Shown one piece after another: positions 26,701 to 38,699 of a DNA stretch of 64,000 nucleotides. The notes beneath the pieces were generated by a model that had not been told where the DNA came from, did no database searches, and worked only from the letters and a program-made list of their open reading frames with translations. Numbering within the stretch: position 1 is the first letter of the stretch; each line of letters begins with the position of its first letter. Source of the stretch: Ptychomitrium polyphyllum (taxonomy: Eukaryota); NCBI GenBank assembly GCA_973851085.1, contig OZ316776.1, forward strand, positions 14,260,001-14,324,000. The letters run 5' to 3'. The translations under genes and the position numbers were made by a program.

Positions 26701-29700
26701 TTTTGAAAATTCCATAAGAATGTAAAATCATAAATAAAAAACTTATAGCCAAATACATTGGTAGCATGAGAGCTTGTCATAAGAGTGACCATTTGAAACA
26801 TAAGAACGAATGGTTTTTTATTCAATTCAACTACAATGAATTTAAAGTTTGGGAAATTTAGGAAAAAACAAGAAGAGATGTTTTAGTCAAGGTTTCAAGA
26901 ATATTATGAATTCAATCTTTGCTTTCCTTCCATTAAGAAATTGCTTGCAAATTTTTTAAAAAACCCATAGACCAGATTTTGTCTTCAATAGACTTTCTAA
27001 AGAACTTCATTACATGGATGACTTAACAATATTTGTCATCTAGAAGCAGTAGAACTTATAAATTGTCCATCATCAGTATATTCTCAAAGTACCAAAATCA
27101 AGGAAAATAATAGAAAAGAAAAACTAAAATTTGAAAACAAAAAATAAATATTAAAGTTTAATTAATAAATTGAATGAACTTTGAAGATTTGATTGCTATA
27201 ATTGTATGCCTAGGTGCATTCCCATGCCAGTATTAAAAATGAAAAATTTGCTACTGCAATTGTCATCAAGAACTTTCAATATAAAGATACTCTTAATTTA
27301 ACACCCAAAGTTTATACTGTGTTAATTTCAAATTAAAAAGAATAAGTATACATTCTTTATAAGTGATTGTTGTCTTGTATAAATTTTTTATAGAAAAACT
27401 TCAAATTTTACCCTTAAAAAATAATTATTCTAAATGTTAATAATCAAGCATAGAAATCTATTTATCAACTTTAAGATTCTTGCATAATTCTTTAAAAAAT
27501 CAATCATATGACCATTCCATCTTATATTATGACTTGATAGTATTCCAAAGAACAAAGGTTCATCTTTTTATTATTTTTTTATTCTTTTTAAACGTTATGA
27601 TTATTTATATATCTACCATTATGTACTTAATGTAATTTTCTGATTAGTGGTAGTAAATATTGTTATGTGGAATTTTTTTCCAAGTCTTATATTTGGTATA
27701 AAATCAAATAAAAATACAATATAACTATATTGTATTCTTAGGTTGTTTCATAGATATTTACCAAATAACATGTTAATTTATTATTTTGAAAATTGATTAT
27801 ATTATATTTTTTAAATGTAAATCTTTTATGTTTTTTTTTTTTTGAAATTTCAAAAATTATTTCTAAAAGCTTTAGCTTTTGAAATAATAATACAATTTTT
27901 TTCCAAATTGCTTAAGTGCTATTGTACCAATTTCTAATATCAAATTATACATGCAATATATGTTGTTTATAAGTATTATTAGTTGTGTTTGTGAAGTCAT
28001 AAAAGACCTTGAAAGTTGTATACAGCTTGGAGTTTTTCCTTCACTCTACATATATAGGATCCATATATTGCATGTACGGATTTTTTTTCCATTTAAAAGA
28101 AAATAATAATATGATTTAGTACTTCATTCCTAACTAAAGTTTAAACATTTTAAATGAAAAAGAAATAGTATTTTTCTTTACATTTCTTGAAAAAAGAAAA
28201 GTTTATCAATGGAAGTAAAAAAATCTTTTAAAGCAGTTACATATTTGTTTTAGCCATTTAAAAGTGATTGTTTGCATGCACTAAGTATAATAACTCTTTA
28301 CTAATAAAAGCCTAAATATTAAAAAATAAAAAATACAATAAAAGTTTTAATTACATTATTAGAAATTATCTTGAAGATTACATACAAAAAAGTTTCTTTT
28401 GTTATTGTACAATTACAATAATATTTAAAACAAAATTGAAACCTAAAATTTTATATAAGCCAGATTTTATGAAAATACTTAGGTTATTTTCAAATTTCTA
28501 AGTACTTAGGAATGAAATCAATATAATTTGAAGATCGTGTAGACATAATTTTTCAAGTATTTCAAATATGAAATGATTAATAAAAAAATTCACTTCAAAT
28601 AAATTAAAATGGAACTTCTTCAAATGAACTTAAATTTCTTCCAATGATGTGAAATATATTGATAAGAAATATACATGATATAAAATATATTAATACAATA
28701 TGCTTATAAACAGTTGGGATGAAATATACATTTCAGAGATTTCAATTTATATCATTGAAATAAAGCATAGTAGCATAAATAGATGTATTGAATGAATTGG
28801 AAGTTGTGCATGTAATTTTTGCTGTCACTTCTTACAAATTTAAAATAAAATAAAATTTTAGCATTAATTGAATTTTTATTCGTAATTGATTTGTGCTTTG
28901 AAAAATCATTTGATTATACTTATGAAGTTGATTGATTGTAACCCTAATTTATTATCATTTTAATGTACAATGATATTATAATTAAAAATAATTGTAGCAC
29001 ACAAAAACATATAAATTCTTTGCATATACTTAGATTAAAAGCCATTTGAAGTTGAATTATTTTTTAAGGCTTACAAAGGCAATACCTTAGGAAAGCACTA
29101 CCAAAAATCCAATAAATCTTGAAAGTTGAAATATAAGATCGTTTCAAATTTTTAAATAAAGTTTGGAACAAACCAATTTTATATGTCCAATACACACATA
29201 TATATAATTTTATTTAATTTATTTTTTTGATTTTTTGAGTATGATTATTTATTTTTATACAAGATGTAGGACCTTTTTACACAATATTGTATGCAATCCA
29301 AAAATCAAGCCTCCTTGGAATTAGTTTCATGCAAAATGAAAATAATATTTAAACCTTTGTCATCCATATAAATTTTATTGCAATAAATCCATATTTTTTT
29401 TTAAGTTGGATTTTAAAATAAATAAAAATTTGTGATGGATTTGTTGTGCAATACTTTGTATTAAATAAACTCTACCCATCTACCCATCTATTCTATTTCA
29501 AACATGTAGGAAATAAAATTTAAAGGACTTAAATGTAAAATATGTTATGATGTTGAAGCTCATTAATTTCAAAGGTGGAAATTATGAAACCATGTTTTTT
29601 AAAGGACATATAAGAACTATATGTAACTTGGTGGTAACTTTGTTTTTCATCATTTATAGTACTTTACATCTCTCTTGTCAACTTATACTCTTATCATCTT

Positions 29701-31977
29701 AAAGTAATGGCTATTATTTAAAAAAGCATTTTAGTTTATTTAAAAGCTAGCTAGATTTTGCTATTCCACTTACCAATGTTTTAATAATATTGTGATTTTA
29801 GAGTGATTGCAATAATTAGATGAAATAATTTGATTACACCTAGTTTTCAACTTCTACCTTGAAATGCTAGATGTTCAATGTCATTAGAATTATTAAAATG
29901 AGTTGAAAATATTCTTATAAGAGATGTCCATCCCCTTATTAAAAGAAAACATTAGTCTAAATTATTTTTCATTATACATTGTATCAATTACATAATTGTA
30001 AAATACCAACATATTCTACAACTGACATGCCTCAAACATCTATTCATCCTTGATTACAAACATAGGTGCTACAATTAATGCTTAGTCAAATCTACCTTGG
30101 ACAATATACATATATAATTGTTACAAACATCAAACCATCATGGGCACCCTAATATCATGTTAGACATGCATTGGAAGTAATGGGAAGCTGGCCAGGGCAG
30201 GCTGTATTACATAACTTTAGTTTGGTTTGCCTGTAACTTTTTTGAATAATTGATAAGAGCAACAAAGTCTTAGTCGATTCATATATCATGACTTCTACCA
30301 CTGGGAGATTGTGGTGTGCATTACTTTCGGTTGCCACTCACAAAGTAGGTGCTGTTGCTGAGTGAGAGCGATGTTTTGTGGATGTTTTGTGGCAGCCATG
30401 TGAGAAGCACGCTTGGTATAGCCGTCCAAGAGGCTGGTGCCATTGAACTCCTTCCACGCTAACTTGCCAATGGCCTTGCCACCGCCGTATTGATCACCAC
30501 CTCACTGCTTTACTTCTTTCACAAGTGGGCGGTGAAAATGACTCTGTAGGTCCAAGTAATGCTTTTAACTCATCAATGTGTAGGTAGATAGTCGGTCCAA
30601 TACAAACTATCCAGGATACACCATTCTCAAATCATTTTTTAAAAAAATCTAAATTTAAAAAGATATATATGTATACATCAAACTGCCAAACATGTGAAAG
30701 TTTTCTGGTGTTGTAGGTGTATATGGTGTGTTGTAATGGTATGGCAAAAAAACCTTCTCTGAAGATACACTCCAACTTCATTAATATCATACCTGTAGGA
30801 GATGGAAAAAAGGATCACAATATCAAGTTGGAACATAATTGTTCATGTAATATTAACACTATAAATATTGTTTATTGAAGAAGTTATTATTAATATTGAT
30901 ATGAAATGTTGTAATTTTATTAAAAGAAATTATGAATCAATTATTGGATATTGTTGACATTGCAAATATCTACAATTTGTTTACAACTTCTTTCTATTAT
31001 ATATAATATGTTTCTAGTTCCTTTATTATTTTTTTCCATACATGACAATATGTTTTTAATGCATTTATGACCTCTAGAATATGAAAAAAAGGGTTTTAAA
31101 GTGCCATAACATTAAGAATCATTGTTATATTATAAAAAGAGTTTAAGGTTTCAAAAGCATGATTGCACAAAAAAATGTACTTTAGAATGTACTTTAATTT
31201 ATTGTTTTATGGAATGTCATATTAAAGAAGTTAGAATATAAAGGATAAAGAAAATTTCTAGTTCCTTTGTTTTAGCATGCCTAAATTTTAAAGAAAAATC
31301 TTATAAAATAACATCAATAGTAGAAGGTCTAAGTATGTCAAAAATAAGATTTAGTATCACCTATACTATTTGATTTAACAATACAATAATTGTATATTTT
31401 ATATGAACTTTTTAATCAATTGTATTTATAGAGGTTTTTATCAATCACATTTGTATCTTTGTTCTTGGTAATAAAAGATTCATCTTGTGGAAGAAGTTGT
31501 AACCTTGCATAAATAGCTAGCATGGATGAAGCTAAATTTTATTTTTAGAGTGATATTATTCCTAATAGAAACCTATTGGCCTATACATTATGCACCCTTT
31601 TATAGTTCTAAAAAATAAAAAACATAAATCATTCTCATGTCACACACACTTCCTCACAAAGACACCAAAGTTATTCTTCTCTTGTTCTCTGTAAGAAAAT
31701 ATGGCACAAATGCAATAAATTTGCTGTAACACAAATCATCTCAATGTTTTATTAACTAATTCAATTCTTATACATTTAAATAACTACGCTCAACTTTAAG
31801 AATTGGGTAGAGCATGTGTTGAACGACATACGCATGGATGCACAACTTTGGGGGAGGTAACAGTGTGTTTTTCTGTATATACTGCCCGTCCCTCTAAAAT
31901 AGACCAACTGAGAAACTCTGTGATTTGACAATGCACAACAAAATTTGTATAAAGTATTATTTAATTTATAATGCAGC

Positions 31978-32750
31978 TTGCCAGGCTACAATGATGCTGC
32001 GAGTCAGTCTAGAAGTCAGGAATCACACCCAAATGGTGAATACCAATTGCAGGATGGTATAATTTTTCTTGGATGGGCGGCTCCCAAGTACCAGGGTACC
32101 ATGTTCTCTACAATCAGGGAACAACAGACCCATCTCCTCCGTACAAGGGGAGGTGAATATGCTGCCTAATGCTCCCCCCTGTGCACCAGAAAGCATCAAA
32201 GATTCAGTAACAAAGAACCAAATCGTGCCAACTTATCATCACTTTGATTCCCTAGCAATCCATCCACCCTCAGTTTCCTTCCCAAGCTAAGTCTATCTAC
32301 CTTAACATATACTAGACTGAACTCAATATTTTTACATTCTCTAGAAACCAATAGTCTCTGGTACCTAAGTTGGTTATAGAAGAACAATAAAATATGTTAT
32401 TAGCTAGCAGAATCAAATCAGTCAATCCAAGATGTAGCTTATGCTAGGTCATGGCATCTGGGGAAGTAGGTGTGTGGAGAATGGAGGAGCCAATGGCACA
32501 TTTCAACTTGCTGGGCCATGCATATTTCATGTGATTCTATGTCTAGCAATGTGGGAACTAGCCTCTCTGGGATTCATATACTATCTCTGCAGCTATGCAA
32601 AGACCCCAAACAGAAAAATTGGAGCAATCAGACACCACAAATGCAAGCCAGAAGCTTGGGAGGTGTAGTAATAGTGTTACAAACTTAGTGGGACCCTAGT
32701 TAGGATTCAGGACATGCAGGATGTGTACAAAGGGATGGAGAATGAGGGTG
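31978..32750 (+). mobile_element. Decayed Ty3/Gypsy integrase remnant
   Basis: The + strand across frameshifts reads EYQLQDGIIFL/DGRL..RVPCSL/IREQQTHLLRTRGG (cf. Y.L.DG.L...GRL.VP..L...I..E.H....GGH), followed by weakly core-like segments. Confidence 0.5.
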
Positions 32751-32899
32751 AGTATTTCAAGGATAAGTATAGGCTTCATTATATAAATGTAGTTCTTTCT
32801 AGGGTTGTTGCTAGGGTCTCCATTTGTAAGTCAAATATTTCAATTTATCCTTGAAGTACTCACCTTCATACTACAACCTTGGTCCAAAGGGATGATCAT

Positions 32900-34050
32900 T
32901 GATATCCACAAACTTCAATGATTTGGAAATTGAGCCCATTCTTTGATTCAATTAAATGTACCTAACTTATCAAATTTACACAATATGGACATAATATATT
33001 ACAAAGTAAAGATGTGTTTCATGATGTTCCTTTTCTAATGGGATTTTTTAGCTGAACATTGATTTTGAACAATGTTGATGGTGGCCATTCAACACTTAAA
33101 CCCAAAGATACATTGGTTGCTTGAAAATAATAGACATAATTTCTTCAAAGATCCTTAATCTAAGTAGAAAGGTCCAACAATTGCCTATAACTAATCCCTT
33201 AAGTTATGCTCTGAACTATTAATTGAAACAACATTTAGTGTTGCACCAATGTGCAACTTTGAGAAAGTTTTTATCAATCATGTCTCATATGACAAAACTT
33301 TTTAAAAATGACTCAACTCTCCTTTCAGAACTTCATGGTTTTCTTCTAAACTCATACTCCTCCTTGAAATCATCTTTTCCACTCCCTTTTCTTCTGCATT
33401 ATGCATGCATCCTTTCTTAGAATTTCAGCTTTAATACTTCTTCTAAATTAGGTAGTCACAATGCTCCTTTCTATGTTCTCATGTTTGGTGCAGTTATTTT
33501 ATTGGGTTTGCTTGTGAATTAGCTTTGCTGTAGGTTTTGAATTCTTGGCTCACATTTTTGTTGCACCTTGCTGTTGTTGAAACTATTTTTGTTGCCACAC
33601 AGATTGCCATTGCTATGCATCAAGTCTAGTTTGAATATTTCTATCTGGGAATCCTTACATGGGAGGCACCTATGTGATCAGTGTCATCTTTACAATGCCA
33701 ACAAATTGGTGCTTTAATGTTGTAAAGATCTTGGTGGTCACAAAGGTATTGATTCATTTGGGATTTTAATTTCCATTGCTTGTTTATGAATGGTTGCAAT
33801 GCAACTTGGAAAAGGTTTTTCAATCTGTGAACTATGATCTTTTGATGTTGTGGTTTGTTGTCTTTTGCTTTCAAATATTGATTCAAAAGATAAATAGTAA
33901 TGTTGATCTGTTTTGAAACTTTTGATGATTGAATTAATGTGTGGTTTGTGCTAGTATCTGCCTTCAAACACATTCATGTTATAAAATATAGGTTCTGCAA
34001 GGCTGCAGTAGCAAGGAATGCATGTAGTAAAATTTATCATCATATCTCTA
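32900..34050 (-). mobile_element. Decayed retrotransposon gag remnant with a zinc knuckle
   Basis: ORF 33641-33973 (-) contains ICWHCKDDTDHIG, a degenerate CX2CX4HX4C gag knuckle. Further along the minus strand (~33190) a 'GQLLDLST' segment resembles Gypsy gag-pro linkers. Confidence 0.5.
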
Positions 34051-37000
34051 ATCCTTGCTGTTAGTTTTGAAATTCTGTAAACTTTGCAATAGCTTGTTTG
34101 ATTCATCTTTTTTTTAACCCTCCCTTCTATGATTATTAGTTCTATTTATTATCCCTCTCCTTGTTTGCATCTTTTCTTTTTTCTTTAAAAAAAAAATAAA
34201 TTATTATTATTTTCCCTATTTATCCTAACCTTTCCATGATTAACAAAGTTAATCCATAAGATATAGTTTGTTGGTAGCTCTTGTTCATTAGCTTTCCTTC
34301 ACTAGCTTTTGCTACAATTGTTTCTCTTTCATTGTCAAAACATTGGATAACTAATTTATTACATTTCTAATTGTTGCAATCCAAAATATTAAATACTTGG
34401 TGTCATTTTGTTATTTTTGTAACATAAACATACACTTGGTCATGTTAATTTTGAATCACAAAAATAGTTGTCAATCAAGTTGCCTTAAACAATGCAATGT
34501 TGCACAATAATAGAATATTATTGAATCATTTTCCAAATATTTTTGAACTTCTTTATTATGACAAATATAGGTCTAAAATCTAATTTATTTATTCCTTGAG
34601 GATAAATTACAATCCAAAACTATAAATTATTTTTTTGACATTTGCAAGCATTTGAGTTTGTTTACTATAAAATAAAGTATCAAAAATTTAAAAATTATTC
34701 TTATTAAACACCAATAAGATGTTATTTGTTTAAATATATTCAAATCTACAATTATTAATAAATTTTAAAAGTCTTATTATTGATTAAAATAGAATTGATT
34801 TGATTATTAGAAAAGTCTCTTTAAATATCAATTATGTTGATTACAACAAAATCAATTAAACTATGGGTTAAAAGATGCGTACAAACATGAGGTTTGCATT
34901 TGGGCCATGGTGCCATTGATGGCACACATGCTTTGATAGTAAAATTAAAACAGTATTGTACTATTTTTTATTTCTTAAAAATGCCACATATTTTTTAAAT
35001 TGCAATTATTTATTAATGCAAAAAAAACTTCGTTGATTTCTATATAGAGCTTTTTAGGTCTATCAATGATAATAGATTAATGCAAAAAAAATTCATTTTT
35101 ATAAATGTTTTAATTCAATATGACCTTTTGAATTCAAAATGTAGTAGTATTAATAATGTTCTTTTTATTTGATTGGCAATAATGGATTGACATCATTTGA
35201 TTTAAGCTTGTGCAATTTTTAATATCATTATTTTAAAGAAAAAAGTTGTTAATATGTAATAGTTGTTTTAAATGATTGCTAATAAAGCATAAGAGAATGT
35301 CAAGGTCAAAAAAAAGTAATGTATATAAAAAAGTCTCGACTAAGAAGATCATAATAAGGAATTATTGTTTATAAACTAAAGTAGAGATGAGTATTGTGAC
35401 AAAGTTGTTGTTTCTTTAGAACAAATGTAAATTTCTAAAAGCCAAAATTTAACATACAAACATGTGGACATTACATGGAAAATATTTTCTGTTTCCTTGT
35501 TTTGATTTATTTTAATTTTTAATTGTTTTTTTATCCTCTTCTTGTTATTTTAATACTTGACAAAAATATTATAATGCATATATAACTTGATAGTATGCCA
35601 AAATATATCTATATTGTGCTATAATGTGTAGAGTTGTATTTTAACCTACAAACATAATATATCATTAATTTGTAATGAATTATGAAGTTATTTGGTTGTT
35701 TTCTAAAAAATATAGATTATCAAACCTTGAGCTATGGCATCTTGTCTAGGGTCAATATCTTCATTATTTGTGCAAATTCTTATGCTTTAATTTCTACTTG
35801 CATATTTACAATGTGCTCAACTTTTTAGATGGTATTGTTCACTTATCCAAATATCAATAATATCAATAATCAAAATTCAATTATCCATTTTTCAACCACA
35901 TCTTTGTATTGTACTCAAGAAGGTTTATTGAAACGTCTTATATTGAAAAAAATAGCAATGAACATCATATGATCATCAAACCTCTACTTTGCAATTTAAT
36001 CTAATATTTTAGGCAAATCTTTAAGGACGTTTATAAGTTCTTCACGTGTGTTGTTGATCATATTGTCTCTAATTCTAAAATATTCAAACTGCCTATTACA
36101 TTCACTTTGATGGAAGTACCATTCCTTTAAAAAGTTTGTACAATTACTTTGTGTATTTTATTAATATTATATAATACTTCCTTATGACCTTCCTATATTA
36201 CCTTGGTTGTTTTTTCAATAGGCTATATTTTGAAGAACTTACAAATATTTCCAAATTTACTTCCTCGTTAAGGATGTATATAGAAATTCATCTTTAAGTT
36301 TCAAAAACTTTTAAAAAAGTGTTTCAAATGGCTATGTGTTAATAGCATCAAATTTCAACTCTCAAAGTTTGGAGTTGTAAAAATGATTCAAAGTTAAGTT
36401 ATACATGTACTGCTATTCTTAGTGCATGTGCTCCAATTGACTTGGATGAAGGTAATGCATCCTCTACATGTAATGGTTTTTTTGCACATGCTTATATTCC
36501 TTGTCTATCTAACTTTGATTAGATAATCAAAAATAAGGTCCATATTTAATAATGATGTTTAAAAGCTAAACACCAAGAATAGCATTTGAAGACAAAGATT
36601 ATTAACGGAAAGAAGCACATGGTCTTAGCATTAAAGATGTAGGATGCCATATTATAGGTAACAATAAAGATTATAGGAGGTAAAAAGTTTATAAAGGCTT
36701 GTCTTATTAAAACAACTATAACATTTTACAATCCAAAATAAGAAGGGCATTGATAATAATATAAGTTAAGATATGTAATATGCTTTATAATTCTTTTAAT
36801 TTATTTTCAAATATTTTTTAAAGAATGTAAATGCTAAACATATTTTTTTATTGTTAAGTTTTGAAATTTGTGAACTTTGATGTTTAAATTTGTATGGATT
36901 GTTTTTGTATGTTGGAAAAAGTTAAACAACCTATCTTTCTTCACATATTAAAACAATACGATAAAAAATTAGAACTATAGTAGGACAAGTGTTAGAAGAG

Positions 37001-37261
37001 TGAATTCTTTTTAGTTTCATTGTAGCTACAATAGTTAATTTTGAGATTCTTATATGTTACAATGAAGTATTTTTTTGCAAGTTTTTATTTTTATTTTGTA
37101 GAAATTGCATAAAAACTATGCAAATTTCAAAAAAATTGTTGTTCAACACCTCTAAGTTGCTTTTTACTCCAATCACCACTTGTAAACTACTTTTTATTGC
37201 CACTTTTCTAAGCCGTTCCTTTCCTACTTCAAAATATGGTATAATATTGTCTCTTCAAGTT

Positions 37262-37341
37262 TCCTTTACAATGCATTGCACTTTTTATCCTTTACAATGC
37301 ATTGCACTTTTTATCCTTTACAATGCATTGCACTTTTTATC
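37262..37341. repeat. 26-bp perfect tandem repeat x3
   Basis: TCCTTTACAATGCATTGCACTTTTTA x3. Each unit contains the palindrome CAATGCATTG. Confidence 0.95.
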
Positions 37342-37731
37342 TTCACTGCTTATTTTGAGTTTGTTAATTACACTTTTTTTTGGTTAACTATACACCAAGG
37401 TTTAATCTTCCAACCATCACTTTACCATTATGTAAATATATAATTGTTTTGCAAAAATATCCATGCTCTATTTGAATGATGGTTTATTTTCAAAATGTCA
37501 ACTTCTTCAATTATGTCATTATAAAACAAACCATGTCCATTGCTGTTCTTTTTTTCTTGCAATGTGTCTCATTTAAAAATAACACAACCATGAATATCAC
37601 TACTATAGATGTCATTTTTTTAATTAGTGGTTTAGCAATCACAATTTTAAATTAGACATTGATATTTTTTAATGAAGATACTCAATACTTTAAGGCTTTT
37701 ACTTTGATTGCTTCTTATTTAAATTTTAATC

Positions 37732-37784
37732 ATACAAACAAACCTTCCATATTGTATATACAAACAAACCTTCCATATATGTAT
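37732..37784. repeat. 26-bp tandem duplication
   Basis: ATACAAACAAACCTTCCATAT at 37732 and 37758. Confidence 0.9.
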
Positions 37785-38582
37785 ATATATTGACATATTA
37801 TATATTAATTCGAACTTAGTTTTTTGTAATTATTTCATTACTTGCAGCAATCTTTACTAATTTCATCTTTTAGAATAAGTAAATATATTATTCAACTACT
37901 TCAAATTCCATTTAATATGCTAATATATATCTCATAATTGCATTTACATTGAAGAATCTTTATATATCATTTATATTTCTCTACTAAGCTTTTAATGACT
38001 TTTTCATGTTAATTTTAAAAACTGATTTTCTTCAACAGGCATGGAGTAATCTTATTTTGATGTGTTATCTTCATGTTTTCCAACATTTTCTTTGAAGTAA
38101 TGATGTCCAAATTGCAATAATAAAATAGAAAATTTATAAGGTGTTATTGTTCTAAAACTGATTTTTATTGGTGCAAATTTTCTTACAAGCAAAGAACTGA
38201 AGCAAACATTGGTGTCTACTTCAAAGTTAATTAAGGGCATATTCAAATTCATTTATCTTACTGTCGTCTATTTATAAAAATATAATGAAGTAATTACAGT
38301 TTATTCACATTGAAAGCATTAGAATAGAGGATGGCTTAGATTTCAATGCTGATTTATCGATATGTATAAAGTTATAATATTCTAATTCAACTAATAAACA
38401 TATTTATAACAAATTTGGACACACTTTCTCCATACTCAATAGATGATTCTAACAAAACAAAAGATAGAAAAGAAAAGAAACGAGACGAAACGAAAAGCAA
38501 CTAAACGAATAGAAAAGAACAACTTTAAGGGGCCTTCACAAACAAAACGTGTTTTCCAGCTACGGAGAAGGGATACAGAGGT

Positions 38583-38622
38583 TACCGTAGTTATGCGTAC
38601 CGTAGTTATGCATACCGTAGTT
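38583..38622. repeat. 15-bp tandem repeat x2.7
   Basis: TACCGTAGTTATGC(G/A) at 38583 and 38598, with a partial copy at 38613. Confidence 0.9.
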
Positions 38623-38699
38623 TAGATGAAATAGTGAAGATGCAATTCAGAGAATGAGAGCAGGGTGCCATTTTCGCACTTTTCCTACAGTTTTACAAC

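Noticed and set aside
37262..37341. Palindrome-containing 26-bp repeats as a CRISPR array
   Set aside because: Head-to-tail with no spacers, so this is a simple minisatellite.
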